A stretch of DNA of 64,000 nucleotides from Octopus vulgaris (lineage: Eukaryota). A model generated the notes under the pieces. The model saw only the letters and a list, made by a program, of their open reading frames with translations, was not told the DNA's origin and did not search any database. The position numbers were made by a program, and so were the translations under genes. The stretch's first letter is position 1, and each line of letters starts with the position of its first letter. Of the stretch, positions 39,772 through 54,657 are shown piece after piece. The DNA lies in contig OX597820.1 in assembly GCA_951406725.2 (NCBI GenBank), forward strand, positions 122,946,001 through 123,010,000. The letters run 5' to 3'.

Positions 39772-40618
39772 CACCGGGTGCGATGGGTAAACTGTGGGCA
39801 TTTTATATATTTGATTTCGCGCATGCGCATTGTTTCTTTCTGATTTTGTCGACCAAACATTATACTAGAGTCAGTTGCACACCATCTGTGAGAAAAACAG
39901 TTCCATGGTACAATTCGCTCTGCCAGAAATTTGAGAACGACATGCTGTACTGCTTGGCATTCACGCCGGAAGTTCCAGAACGAACATTTCAGAGTGTTTA
40001 GGTGTCAAACTTAGGACAGCGCAGTCTGAGTACTTGTACCGAAAGTGATAAAAATCAAACATCCAGTCAACATCACTAGTTATGGCGACGTTATGTTTCC
40101 ATTGATCTTCCCACACGTCTTCAGACTCAACACAGAGGTCTACATCAAGTTCCTGCGGGAGGTAGTGTTGCCCTAGGTCAAGAGGGCGGTTGTTGGAAGA
40201 CCCCATGTCTGGCAAGAGGACTCTGCACCATGCTACACAAGCAGGAGAACCCAGTCATGGCTGTCAGACAATTTTTGCGACCTCATCACTCCTAAATACT
40301 GGCTACCTAACTCCACAGAGTGCAACTGACTTGATTATCATGAGTGAAGTGCAGCTAAGCGAGAGACTAACAAAACACCAAAGATGGACTGAAGGTAAGG
40401 ATTATGGCAGCATTCACCAGTTTATACAAGGAAACCATCCACAAAAGTAACATGGAGGCCGTGGTTGAAGCCAATGACGATTCGATTGAAAAAATTTACT
40501 CTTCAGTATTTCAAGAAATTTTGATATAATTTTGATAAGTATATCTGTTAAAATGAGATGTCAGTCTTATTTTCAAGTTTGAGTAATTTAGACGGCATCT
40601 TATTCATCGCATCCTGTG
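39772..40618 (+). mobile_element. Tc1/mariner DD37D (maT-like) deletion derivative
   Basis: TIRs CACCGGGTGCGATG / CATCGCATCCTGTG in TA context; WQEDSAPC-(37 aa spacing)-LDY relic at about 40070-40380 with stops. Confidence 0.85.
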
Positions 40619-40648
40619 TATATATATATATATATACATATATACATG

Positions 40649-40682
<34 letters not shown>

Positions 40683-40786
40683 TATGGGTGTGTGTGTGTG
40701 TAAATACATACTGCATATATACGTATAGATATGCATACTTATATATTTATACACATACGTACATGCATATATATGCACACACGCGC

Positions 40787-40847
<61 letters not shown>

Positions 40848-41544
40848 AGTCAGACCATATATGTATTTGTAAAGGCGTGTTTATGAATGTGTGTGTGCGT
40901 TTCTGTTATTTTTTCATTTCAAGTTTTCTCCCCTACCTATTTATTATAATTTGTAGCGTTCCCACCCGCAAAGAACACGTAGACAAATCCCTTAACCTAT
41001 ATCTTTGAAATCCCTGGCGGACAAATAAGGAAGAGTTAAACAATACATTGAAAGAGTCTATTAGCTAAAGGAGAATAATATTCTCATGCTGAAAGAAAAA
41101 TATGTTTCGTGGTGGGACATCCCTGAACACGGGTTGTGACTGTAGGCCCACCGATGAAGATGAAACAGACGGAACATCATAACCAATTGTATAATTCTAG
41201 TGGCTGCTCGAGGGAGAACAGTTTCCAGTGAGGCCTATGCAGATGAGCTGTAAGAAAATATCTGCCCGTTTTAGAATAGATCCGTATTATGTTTCAATAA
41301 ATTTCCCAAAATTGTGCTACTTATTGACAGAGAAGTATTTTTGGAGAAGGAACGTGTTATAGGCAAGAACGCAATGTGTCGGGGATCACAAATCACACAC
41401 ACACATACAAACACCCGCTCGCGCTCCTGTGCATTTACATGCATATAGATATGCACGTACACACACACACACATTTTTTTTAAAGACTGAACTCGATGTA
41501 CATAAAGCTATAAATAAAAGTCTGAAAGATACACAATGATGCGA

Positions 41545-41700
41545 GTAAAAATCTTGAAAAAGTATATGGAACAAATAGGGGCTGCAACAAAGATGGAGCA
41601 CTTGCAGAAAACAGAACTATTTGGAACCGCTCGAATACTCCAGGGTGCTCAAAAAATAAGAGGTATTACCTTAGTTCATTAATAGTGAATAACCGGTAAT
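41545..41700 (+). mobile_element. R4-type LINE 3' fragment
   Basis: Similar to the reverse complement of about 34255-34405. Confidence 0.75.
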
Positions 41701-41747
41701 TAAGGACTATTCAAGAATCTTTCAGAATAGACAAAATAATGGTGATG

Positions 41748-41956
41748 ATTTCAAATTTTGGCACAAGGCCAGCAATTTTGGGGGAGGGGACAAATCGATT
41801 TCATCGACCTCAGCTCTCAACTGGTACTTATTTTATTGACACCGAAAGCACAAAAGGTAAAGTCGACCTCGGCGGAATTAGAACCTAGAACAGAAGACCG
41901 GCGAAATGCCGTTAAGCATTTCGCCCGGCGTACCAACGATTCTGCCGCTCCTCGCC

Positions 41957-41958
<2 letters not shown>
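41748..41958 (-). mobile_element. SINE family A variant
   Basis: Family core and tRNA-like head. Confidence 0.8.
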
Positions 41959-42016
<58 letters not shown>

Positions 42017-42040
42017 GTAATAATAATAATAATAATAATA

Positions 42041-42112
<72 letters not shown>

Positions 42113-42241
42113 TTAATAATAATAAAAATAACAGTAATAATAATATTAATAATAAAAATAATAGTAATAATAACAATAATGATAATAATGATAATAATAA
42201 TAATAATAGTAATAATAATAATAATAGTAATAATAATAATA

Positions 42242-42281
<40 letters not shown>

Positions 42282-42357
42282 TAATAATAATAACAGCAAC
42301 AACAACAACTACTACTACAACAACAATAGTGATAAATATGATGATGGTGATAATAAT
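41959..42357. repeat. (AAT)n microsatellite
   Basis: Direct reading; source of poly-N/I/L ORFs. Confidence 0.97.
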
Positions 42358-42854
42358 TCCATGTTTTCTTTCTTTGAAAATTTTTCTTCCCATCCCGCTT
42401 CGTATTTCTTTCAGATTGAAAATATACATAAGATATCAGAAAGCAAGTAAATTGGGGAGCCTGATGTTTGTAAGAAAATGTCTTAGTGTTGGATACGGAA
42501 TGGCTGACATGAACTTATATTTGTATCACTGGAAATTTTTATTAAGAATTTGAAAAATATGTTATTTTTAGCAAGTAATGAATACCACGTAAATCAGCTG
42601 CCATTCTAACGGCAAAACGGTTTGGTGAGAAGCAGACGAGCGTACTTTTGTGTGAAATGGAAGTGAACTTGATTGACTTGTTGACAATAATGATAATGTT
42701 CTTGGTTGCATACCGAGTGGGGTGTAAGTTGAAATTTTACCCATCGAACAGTAGATTCGGTATAAGATTATTAATATTTGCTTCTTATTAATGTTTAATT
42801 CTTTTAGTACAACGACATCTGCGCATATTCTCATAAATATTAGCATAAGCACTG

Positions 42855-42902
<48 letters not shown>

Positions 42903-43119
42903 TGGGGATTTTTCGCTGAGATATGAAATACGCAATATATAGTCAAACTCTGACATAAATGAATCGAGCGTAGTTTGTTGTTAAAAAACTTCCACCTTCA
43001 AACTCTAGAATCATTTATTTTGTTGCAGTTTAAAATACAATTGCCGCGTGGAAGGTGTTTGTAAGCCATTTAAGAAACACACAAAAGCCGTTCGATTCAC
43101 TTCAACATTTAAGTTTGAA

Positions 43120-43170
43120 TTTGTCAAAATATTTTCGTCGCTATAAGACCGCGACCTGTTCACTGACAAA
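43120..43170 (-). ncRNA. Minimal type I hammerhead with G3-C8 core variant
   Basis: Minus strand TTTGTCA-GTGAACA-G-GTCGC(GGTCTTATA)GCGAC-GAAA-ATAT-TT-TGACAAA; perfect 7-bp stem I and 5-bp stem II. Confidence 0.75.
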
Positions 43171-45248
43171 AATCCGTGCTGCATCTCCGGAATTATTATC
43201 ACCATCATCATATTTATCACTATTGTTGCTGTAGTTTAAAATAGTTTTATGCAATTTAGAAGCATCTCGGCTAGGTTAGTATGGTGTCATAATTCTTCTT
43301 GATGTATGAACAAAATATAGGGTTATCATGTTGCACCCCCTATTTCCGGTGTTAACCTCAACAATGATATGCTACTAAATATATACATACGATCAAGGGT
43401 TGACCTTCTTTGAGACACAAACTATGACGAGCTCAAGGAACTATACGTAATTCACCTCACATATTTAGAAAGGGCAAATGTTCAATAAAATTATGTGGAA
43501 TGTGTTCATTTTTATAACTGGAATTTATTTGAAATAAATTTGTGATGTAACAAATTTAAATTTACTAAATTCAATCTTTTGATATGTATATAAAAGATTG
43601 ATATTCAACGCTAATTCCGAACAATGAGTCTACAACAGGTGTAATATATAAACCTAGTTACTAAAGAAGTTGCGACCGAGGAATCTAAAACAGAAACCGT
43701 GTAAATAGAAATTTTATATCATGATACACACGGGAGCGTTTGAGAAGAAAAAGCTGTTCAAATACAATAAATGTAAGTCATCAGAAAAACTGCTTCAAAT
43801 TTAGAACAAGATGTGGTCAGGTGTGAAAGTATGTAATGAAAGCAATGAAGACAGGTGATGCAGCAAAGAAATTACTATCGATATTCATTTAGAATAAGAA
43901 TGAAACGGCTTCAGAGGGCTCTGTCCTTAATTGCAAATTAAACATGTCATTATTTTCACATGAAGATGATGAAGGTATTTAATCTTAGGGAATTGGAATA
44001 GTGCGAAGCAAGAAAGCATGATTGATATGATGTCCCTCCTCCAGGGCATAGAATATTTTCTCAAATAGAACTAGTAACCAGTAACAGTATTTGTACGACC
44101 ATCAGTTATTTTTACCTTATTAGTGATCATGTGTAAAGTTGGTCTTTCAACTCTGCTGCTACTCCATGACCCAATGTCTTTCAATAACAGATATTAACAA
44201 ATACTTAGATTTTCTAATGGTTTGGTTATTCTTGCCTCACTTGAAGGCTGATGGTCTATAACATTGCCTTAAAGATATAGTTGTTAAACTATCATATTGC
44301 CGTAATATTAGTAATGGAATAGAAATGGACATGGTCGTTGAAAGCCTTAAAAGGTTTCGGTATTTATTTTATATGCCGCTGGAAGAAAGGAAAGAGAAAT
44401 CATGTTTATGTGCATATGAATTTTGAATGTAAAATGGCCTAACAATTTGGAATTACAATTCGTTGCACAATCAAACCAAAATAACTCTATTCTGACTCCT
44501 TGTTTAAGAATTAGTTTTCGTATTTTGAGATTGAAAAGGGGGAGAGAAATGGAGATAGAGAGAAAGGGGGAGGCAGAATTTTTGTTACATGGCTGCATGT
44601 TCTGGATAATACTTTGATTTTAAGAACTTGCAAGAATGAAACGAAAAATAAGTATGAATTGATACAAAGTCTATTATACTCTGTTCTAATGGCATTAATA
44701 GTGATGTGGATAACTGAACAAAGAAAGACTGTCCAATATTACTAATGAAAGAAATCTGGACGGGTGGCCTTCATAATGGATTCAGACAGTAGTTAGATCC
44801 GTTTTACACTTAATCGGAGCTTTTCAGTAAATCTCTATATGCCATCAATGTTCAGGTACTGAGTAAGTGTGTACAGAACAGCTGAGTTGCTTTGTGCGCA
44901 CTTGACAAGCCTTGGTAAGGCAATTTCATAACTTCAGCGTTTATTCCGATCGGTAAAGATTCAAGTAGCACAAAGAAAATATACGGTACATGACTTCAAA
45001 TTATAAATGCATGATCTGAGTCCTCCAGCTATTTGCTCTAGCGATACAGCCATTTACTAATGGAAATTGTACTAATTAGGAGAACGTTGCGAAAAGAATA
45101 GATTTCGCGGATATAAATTTTGAAAGCCGTAAATGAAACTGCTAGTTAGAAATCGTAGGGAAATTTCTTTAATTCCTCTTCTACATTCTTCATAAAGAAA
45201 TGTTGAATAAGACATGACAGTAAATGCTCAACCGTTCACAGACATGAC

Positions 45249-45607
<359 letters not shown>

Positions 45608-46527
45608 TAGATACTACGTTATACATATATATACATATGTATATAAATGTATGTTTGTTTGTTTGCGGGAGTGTGTGCAATGCCGGAAACATGAAGAATT
45701 TATCTTAGAATTTTCATTGCTCTTATTTTCCAAATTCAAAACTCTGGGCATCTTGAGTTATTTTGCTCAGAAAATTTGTATTTAATCTGCATGTGTGTGC
45801 ACGCGTGCTTGTGTGTGTACGTGTGTGTATCTGAACATTTTAACTCAACCAAATTTTTATCAAAAAGTTCTAGATGATTCGCATTGGTGGCAAAATTTGC
45901 CCATCTCACAAACCATAGAGATGCAAAATCAAATATTTGAAACTACTTCTATATAAAACAAGACATTTTCGCATCAATTATTACACAAGTTAAAACATTT
46001 TTATTATTATTTTATTGGTGTCGGCGCTTTTCAATGCGGTATTATCTTTATCACTTTTCTTTCATTTTAATGGTTTAATAAGGTGATATTAATGTATTTT
46101 TTGCTATCATCTTTATATTGTTTATTCTCATGGACCATTTTGGCTGTTGTTTTCTTACTCATTTTTCCTGATTCCCATTCTGTACGTCTATAAATTAATT
46201 CTGCAGAGAGTGGTGTCACGTGTTGATGTATCTGATTTATTCTGTGGAATTATTGTTTAAATGGCAGCTCGAAATTGTTCTCAATTTAGATTTGATACAC
46301 AGTCATTGTAGTATTTCCTGACAAAAGAAACAATACACTCGACACAACATAACATCTTCTTTTCGTTACATCAATGCACACAGAATCATATAGAGGGGTG
46401 TCTGTACGTGTATGTCTTTCATTACTTTTATTTCTTTTACTTGCTTCAGTCGTAAGATTGCGACCATGCTAGAGCAGCATATTGAAGGGTTTTAATCTAT
46501 CAGTTTATTTTGCCGAACCACCGTTAG

Positions 46528-46843
46528 TTTTTGTTTTGTTTGTTTGTTTCTTCTCGAGTCATGCCTGGCTCATAAGGGCCAATTTCCCGGTTTCTTTGCG
46601 TATAGGTTTCTCACCTGGACGGGATGCCGGTCCGTCATAGGTGAGCTGCAAGATGCAGGAGGAAAGAGTGAGAGAAAGTTGTGGCGAATGAGTCAGCAGA
46701 AGTTCGCCATTACCTTCTGCCGGAGCCGCGTGGAGCGTAGGTGTTTTCGCTCATAAACACACACATCGTCCGGTCTGAGATTCGAACCCGCGATCCCTCG
46801 ACCGCAAGTCCACTGCTCTAACCACTAGGCCATGTGCCTCCAC
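46528..46843 (-). mobile_element. SINE family C inserted in a family B fragment
   Basis: TSD CACCGTTAGT; degenerate family B sequence at 46432-46527 continues after 46850. Confidence 0.85.
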
Positions 46844-47701
46844 GACAATCACCGTTAGTGGGATGTAAAGAAACCAATCCATACACTGTAATAGTGAAGT
46901 CAGAACAAACGGTGATGTTTTGAAATAATTTAATACATAATTTTCAGCTCCGCATAATAGCATAATATATAATAGAAAGTTCAACCATTACGTAAGATGT
47001 TCCTCAGTTAAAGCATTTCAAAATATGAAGCAGTTGGGGGAAATATTTCAGAATTTATGGTAACAGCAGTGAGTTGGCTGCCAAGTTAGGAGGATGTATA
47101 TAGAGGGAGGGGATAAAGAAGGGGATAAAAGGAGGGAGGGAGTAGGAAAGACAGAGAAAAGGAGAAAAAGAGGATATATAAAGTGAGGTACTGTGGATGA
47201 GTGAGACTGGAAGTTGTACGAGTAAATAATATTGAAATGAAATGGAATTGTGAATCTGCGTGATTCCATTGAAAATCAAATGAAAGGAAGAAAAAGTAGC
47301 CAATTAAAAAAAATCAAGAATTTGGGAGACATAATGATGAGGGAATGAACCAATTGTCAGGATGTGGTCAAGACTTTTAGCTGAGAATGCTATAGGTGGT
47401 GTATGGCCTTGAACAAGCAACTAGTGTCAAGGTGTATGGGACTAAATAGTAATAATAACTATAATAATAGTGATGCTAAAAATAATAACAACAACAGTGA
47501 AGTAGGAGGAGGAGGAGGAGGAGCAGGAAGAAAAGAATAACGTCAATAAAAAACAATCCTTTCTACTATAGGCACATGGCTTGAATTCTGTGTGGAGGGG
47601 GACAGTCGATCGCATCGACCCCAGTACTCAACTGGTACTTAATTTATCGATCCCGAAAGGTTGAATAAAATAATAATACCTGTAGTATAGGTAGAAGGAC
47701 C

Positions 47702-47776
<75 letters not shown>

Positions 47777-47854
47777 TTTACTTTCTTGCCTGTAAAATAC
47801 CAATCACATTCGACGCTTCCAAATATGGGATTTTATTTGTGTGTCTTTTAAATG

Positions 47855-48253
47855 GGATCAGTTTTTAACATAATTTCTAGGTAACTGAAAAAATTTTAAA
47901 CTTCGTATACTGGTAGAATGTGTTTATAAAACATCCTTTTCTCTTGGCTTTATTGAGAAAATTCTATGGTTTGTAAGATATTTGTTGTTGTTTTTCTTCA
48001 ATTTCTGCAATTTCAACAAATCAATGACGTCCATTGAGGTAAAAGCATTCTGTGCCGTATGAATATGTCCCTCGTTTAAGAAACAGATTGGGTTTATTTA
48101 CATTTGTGAAGAAAAAAAGATACCCTTCCCCCACCCCTAACACTAACCCTAAAACAGATTGAAATGCTATAGATCGATTTTAGGGGCATAATTATGGATG
48201 ACAATTTCATATGACACAACTAGAAAAAACTGCCGTTCAAACCGAAAAGATCC
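47855..48253. mobile_element. MITE (GGATC-TIR family), left TIR partly deleted
   Basis: 8-bp TSD TTTAAATG. Confidence 0.9.
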
Positions 48254-48339
48254 TTTAAATGTCTTCGTATTTTTATGTTTGATGAAAAAGTGATTGTCTA
48301 ATAAAAAAAATTAGTATCGTCTGTTAACGTGTCCGAACA

Positions 48340-48512
48340 TTTATGGTAAAGAGCGGGACAAGCCATAAACTATTGCAGTGCCTACTCTGATGAGTAGATG
48401 GTTGAGGATATAGAGGGTTATAAAAGACTCATCAGTGAAGCCGCTATCCTGTAAAGCTTTATTATAAGATGGAGGAGTCTTTTCAAATATTTCTCTAAAT
48501 GAAGAAAGACAT
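48340..48512 (-). pseudogene. Penelope-like (Neptune-type) RT thumb/linker fragment
   Basis: LSSFREIFEKTPPSYNKALQDSGF, then SRHCNSLWLVPLF in another frame; resembles PLE LSSxxEIFxxxxPxYxxALxxSGY...RxRNIIWFNPPF. Confidence 0.6.
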
Positions 48513-49127
48513 GTGATATGCATATGTATGTATATGTGTACGTACATACAAGCATTATGGATATGCATACACACATGTTCGTATACACATATGCGTGAGT
48601 GTATGAGTGCGAGTTTGCCGAATTGCTACTGTATGCTAAAAGTATATTTATTATTTTATTACTGTGATTTTTAAAATAAGATCTTTTCTGGAATGAGTTA
48701 CAATATATGGAATGTTAATGTATCTCTAATCTACAAATAATATACTGTATCTGAATTCAGGCATCTGAGTAGTCATCCACCTGGCTTGGGTTCTTAAAAA
48801 ACCTGGAATTTAACTGATTATTATCAAATAAATAGAGCAGACGAAACAACAGTGGAGAAAGTAGAGGGAGAGAAGGACGAACGGGCCTTAAAAACGAAAA
48901 TAAATGATCTTAGTATGAACAGCTGTTATATATTTTGTGAAGTTCATGGCAATATTTCCTAAATCATCATTTAACATTTGCCGATTTGCCGTCTCATCTG
49001 GTGAAGGTTTTGTAAGTCAATGTCTCAGATTTCGCAATTTGTTTATAAGCATTGTTATAGTATGTTGTTAGAGAGAGTGTGTGTATGCCGACGCATCTGG
49101 CATGAACGAGCGATTCTGCGTGGTCAC

Positions 49128-49187
<60 letters not shown>

Positions 49188-49485
49188 TTATATTTATATT
49201 TATATATATATATATATATATGCATATATATAATTATATATATATATATATTTATACATGAATATATATATATATATATATATATACACGTGTGTGTACG
49301 TGTTTGTGTGTGCGTGTGTGTTGTGTGTGTTGTGTGTGTTGTTGCTGTTTGCTTATTATATTTAATCAATCAAAAAACTATTTTACATTAAACTGATGGG
49401 TTACTATATATATATCTGTATGTATGTATGTATGTATGTATGTATGTATGTATGTATGTATGGATAGACAGATATATATATATAT

Positions 49486-49558
<73 letters not shown>

Positions 49559-49879
49559 AGGATGGATGGATGGATGGATGACAGGCAGACAGATATGTTT
49601 CTCTATTGGCCACGCAGGGCTGAACACAGAGGGGACAAAACGCGAAGTAGAGCTTTTCTTTTTGGGAAGAAGTGTAAAAAAAGTGGGTCGAATTCCGATC
49701 AGAAGGGATCGTGGAAAAAAAAAAAAGGCCGATCAATAGGGACCGTATATCACAGAAATGTCTATCTAAAAAGAGAAAACAGATTAGGTTCATCAGTGGA
49801 AAGAAAAGCCTACGGAAAAGAACACGGTAACATTGTGTAAAAGTGTAATGCAAAAAAAAAAAACATTACAATAAGTGAC

Positions 49880-50645
49880 TCTCTTTTTTCCTTTCTTTTT
49901 AAATCGACCCCAGTAATCATAAGTACTAAATTTATCGGTGAAAGGCAAGTCGACCTCGGCGGAATCTGAACTCAGAACGTAAAGACGGACGAAATGCCGC
50001 CATGCATTTCACCAGGCGTGCTAGCGATTCTGCCAACTTGACGCCTTAACAATAATAATAATAATGGTTTCAAACTTTGCCACAAAGGCAGCAATTGGCG
50101 GGGGAGGGGCCAGTCGATTATAACGACCCTAGTGTTAAACTGGTACTTAATTTATCGTCTCCGAAGGGATCAAAGGCACAGTCAACCTGGGCGGAATTTA
50201 GACTGAGAACGTAGTGACGGGCGAAATACCTATTTCTTTACTACCAACAAGGGGCAAGACATAAAGGGGACAAACAAGGACAGACAAACGGATTAAGTCG
50301 ATTATATCGACCCCAGTGCGTAACTGGTAGCTATTTAATCGACCTCGAAAGGATGAAAGGCAAAGTCGACCTCGGCGGAATTTGAACTCGGAACGTAAAG
50401 ACAGACGAAATACCTATTTCTTTACTACCCACAGGGGCTAAACACAGAGAGGACAAACAAGGACAAACAAACGGATTAAGCCGATTATATCGACCACAGT
50501 GCGTAACTGGTATCTAATCTATCGACCCCGAAAGAATGAAGGCAAAGTCGACCTCGGCGGAATTTGAACTCAGAACGTAGCGGCAGACGAAATACTACTA
50601 AGCATTTCGCCCGGCGTGCTAACGTTTCTACCAGGTCGCAGTCTT
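49880..50645 (-). mobile_element. Head-to-tail cluster of about 4 SINE family A units
   Basis: Repeated core; matching junction CGAAATACC|TATTTCTTTACTACC near 50230 and 50413. Confidence 0.85.
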
Positions 50646-51382
50646 AAAACAATAAAAATAATAATAACAATAATGTGAGTAGAGAAGGAAATATAAGCGA
50701 GGTTACAAATACTAAATCTGTAGTTTTCTGATGAATAAAGTTTTTCATAAAATACGTTTACGTCGACGTGAAGGGTTTTTGATGTCAGCATTTCTTTTGC
50801 ATCTTAGTTTACACACACACAAACATACACATACACCCAAGCACACATATGCACACAGACACGTACAACCCCCACACAGTCATACACATGGACATATAAG
50901 TGTATGCTTGTACTTATAAATATAACCGTTTTTGTGGAAATGTATTCTTTCAACCATTTCACTGAATAAGAAGTCAATGACTTCCACCGGGTTATTTCAA
51001 GTTTAGTCGACGCGACGAATTACTTTATCTTTCAGACCCAACTACATACTTAAAGTTGACCAGAATAGTACCAACGTGTAATAGCGACATGAAATACGGT
51101 CAGAAATTGTTTGCCTTTCAGTTCTTAACTAATGACAGCCAAGGTTCATCATTTTGGCAGACAATCTCTGTCAACCACTTTTCAAGTCTTCAGAGAAATC
51201 TACAGAAAATAAGCCAACGTTTTAAACATATAATTCTATTTACTACCACTGCCAAAAATATCATTTAATCTCCTCCTTGTAAATATACAGTTAAAGCACC
51301 GGCGAATTTTGCTTTCGTGTGTCTGTGTGTTTTGTGTGTGTGTGTGTGTGTTTGAGCGTGTGAGAGTATGTGCGTGTATGTT

Positions 51383-51425
<43 letters not shown>

Positions 51426-51699
51426 TGCTTTCATGTAAAACTAGATATAAATAAACCCGTGTTACACTTTGTTAACTATATACATAAATACATACGCAGA
51501 CATGTTACATACATACACACACAACATACAGACAATAATATATATATATAGATAGATAGATTTACACACACACACACGCACATATATATATATATATACA
51601 TGTACAGGACGATCTTCACATGAAAGCCGCTAGCATGTGGCTCCGTTGCCATGTTTACTATCGATACTAGGCCTAGGGAAGAAAGCAGAGCGCCTCACA

Positions 51700-52295
51700 T
51701 GGCCTTCCCGTGATTTTTGTTTAGGATGCATTTTGTGTTGCATCACAGGGCCCACGCACTTGGCCAGCGGCCTTCAACAGCGGTACCACTGGAAATGATG
51801 GCATACTGCTGGATATGGCTGGAGTGGTTGCAGCTGGTTGCTGGATATCTCAGATATAACTGAGATCCGCCTTGTTTGCGCCAACCCACAGAACAGTGAT
51901 GATTTTTTAATTGGAGTCTTCTTTTCGCAGACAGTAGGACACATCATGCATATGCCTCCAACGCGCTTCCCGCGTCAACTGAGTTGGCCTCAGGTACCAG
52001 ATCATGCGGGGTCCCCCAAATTCCATATCTGAGACCAGTCCAAAGTCACTCTCTTCTGCTACTCCATTGACCCAAATACCTGGGAGACAATTGACAAGGA
52101 TGGCCCAAATTGGTGGTACGTCATTGTCAAAGGAATGGACCTGATGGAAAATAACAGACAATAAGAGGCAGCGATCAAATGTCAAGGACACAAAGAGTGA
52201 CTCACACTTCCTTGTGCCAACGCACTCCTGCCACAAATGCCCTTGGTTCTTCTATTCCACTCTTGGCCTGAACAGCCATCTCAGGCACCCATGAG
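51700..52295 (+). mobile_element. RTE LINE 3' fragment
   Basis: VGHIMHMPPTRFPRQL, IDPNTWETIDKD..W, terminal CHKC..STLGLNSHLR* zinc finger. Confidence 0.8.
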
Positions 52296-52438
52296 GATGA
52301 AGAGTCAGCCACAGCACCGAAGTGTTTAGCCAAACAAATCTCCACCAATACTTAATTTTTAAGTCTGGTATTTACTTTGATGGCTTTTTTTGCCGAACCG
52401 CTAAGTTATACGGATATTAACAAGCTATTCTCTTTGTA

Positions 52439-52673
52439 AAGGCGGCGAGCTGGCAGAAACGTTAGCACGCCGGTCGAAATGTGTAGCCGTATTTCGTCTG
52501 CTGTTACATTCTGAGTTCAAATTCCGCCGAGGTCGACTTTGCCTTTCATCCTTTCGGGGTCGATAAATAAAGTACCAGGTACGCACTGGGGTCGATGTAA
52601 TCGACTTAATCCGTTTGTCTGTCTTTGTTTGGCCCCTCTATATTTAGCCCCTTGTGGGTAGTAAAGAAATATA
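52439..52673 (+). mobile_element. SINE family A, full length
   Basis: TSD TATTCTCTTTGT. Confidence 0.92.
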
Positions 52674-52888
52674 TATTCTCTTTGTCAAGTCGTAGGGGAA
52701 GAAGCACACATACAAATGCATACACGCACTCTGTGTGTGTGCGTGTGTGTGTGTGTACATACAAATAATATGGGTGGCTTATTAGCAATTTGACAACTTA
52801 AAAGCAAATTTATAATCATTACTAAAGTGACAGGGTGCTAGGTAGTACCAGCATTGCTAGAAATAAGAGTCAGAACAACTCCATCGCC

Positions 52889-52947
<59 letters not shown>

Positions 52948-52951
52948 TGAT

Positions 52952-53294
52952 TGTGAAGGCACATGGCTCAGTGGTTAGAGCGTCGAGATTACAATCGTGA
53001 GGTTGTGAGTTCCAATCCCGGATCGGGCTGCGTGTTGTGTTCTTGAGCAAGACACTTTATTTCACGTTGCTCCAGTTCACTCAGCAGAAGAAATGAGTTG
53101 CGACGTCATAGGTACCAAGCTGTATCGGCCCCTTTGCCTTTCCCTTGGATAACACTAGTGGTGTGGTGAGCGGAGACCGGTATGCATGGGCGACTGCTGG
53201 TCTTCCATAAAAAAAAAACAACCTTATCCGGACTTGTGCCTGGGAGGGGTAACTTTCTAGGTTCAATTTCATGGTCAGTCATGACCGAAAGGGG
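52952..53294 (+). mobile_element. tRNA-derived SINE family D
   Basis: A box TGGCTCAGTGG, B-box-like GAGTTCCAATCC, then CTTGAGCAAGACACTT. Confidence 0.8.
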
Positions 53295-53321
53295 ATATAT
53301 ATATATATATATATATATATA

Positions 53322-54330
53322 CTAGCATTAAAGACCCGGCAACGACGGGTCATAGTGCTAGTGCATGTATATATGTGTATATATATGTGTACATATTACA
53401 TGTACATCTATATATATACATCTACACATAAAATACAAAATACAAAGTTATATCTTGATAACGGTAGTGATAACAATACTCAAAATATATAACAGACTAT
53501 AATTGTTAGCCCGTCTCTTGTAATTTCGATGAATTGTATCTTGTCCTCCCTCTTGTATAGAAGTGTGGCTACAATCCAGCCTACCGCTACTTCTGGGGCG
53601 GGGGGACATTTTTAATTTTTTTCCGGCACGTCCTACGTCCCAGATATAAAGGTAGAAATAATATATTTCCACTTTGCAAGTTCGAGTCGAGTACTCCCTT
53701 GCACGCTCCGTTGACTCGAACTTTGCTTCTATTGCGCTGAATTTACCGCCTCTAGTTAGATATCTTTAATAGTCGTACTTTTCGAATGTGCTTTCCTACA
53801 TGTGTTCAAATCTTTTTTCTCTACATTGTATACTTTATAGACAATAGTCTTTTCTTTAATTTAATTTTTTATTATCCATCTGGACTATTCCATTTCTGCA
53901 CGCTAATTTTATTTTTAATTTATTCCCATTCATGTGAAACCACTTATTCAAGTTCAAGTCATTGATGCAATTTTATACCAATTGCTATTTTTACTTTTGT
54001 TATGTTACTTTAGTTTTATTTTAATTATTATTTACTACATATAATTCAATTGTTATTATTATTTTTATTGTTAAAGTGAAAGTATCTGACATAAAATAGA
54101 GAAATAGTTTTGTTTCACTTTTAACACGTAATACTGAAATAGTGGAGAAGATATGATATTGCTATGGGCTCGCTCTAGGCAAGAAGTTGAACATTTTTTT
54201 GCCCATGAAACTACAGGGACCCTAAGTACGGCATGTGTAAAATTTGAATGAAATTGGTTGTGTAGTACTCAAGTTTTAGGGAAACACACAGACAGACAGA
54301 CACACATTCTCAGTTTTATATATATAAAGA
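53322..54330 (-). mobile_element. Non-autonomous Helitron (about 1 kb)
   Basis: Minus strand 5'-TCTTTATATATATAAAA...GACCCGTCGTTGCCGGGTC hairpin...CTAG-3'; sits in (TA)n. Confidence 0.8.
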
Positions 54331-54522
<192 letters not shown>

Positions 54523-54657
54523 CAACGACCTCGAACCCACAAGAGTAAACAAGAGAGACAGAGACAGGCAGAAAATGCCACTTGTATTTGAATACTATAC
54601 AAATATTCTTTTAAAAAAACTTTTCTTTCAATTTTTCCAAAATTCAATTGTTTTCCA

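Noticed and set aside
41758-42553. Long low-complexity ORFs (poly-N/I/L; also YI, MYVC and poly-V/A ORFs elsewhere)
   Set aside because: Microsatellite read-through
48385-48440. CTGATGAGT...ACTCATCAG as a hammerhead
   Set aside because: Simple hairpin without GAAA/NUH in register; lies antisense within a PLE coding relic
52952-53030. tRNA genes at SINE heads (also about 4480-4550 and 57763-57840)
   Set aside because: A/B boxes are present but there is no complete cloverleaf; they look like SINE heads
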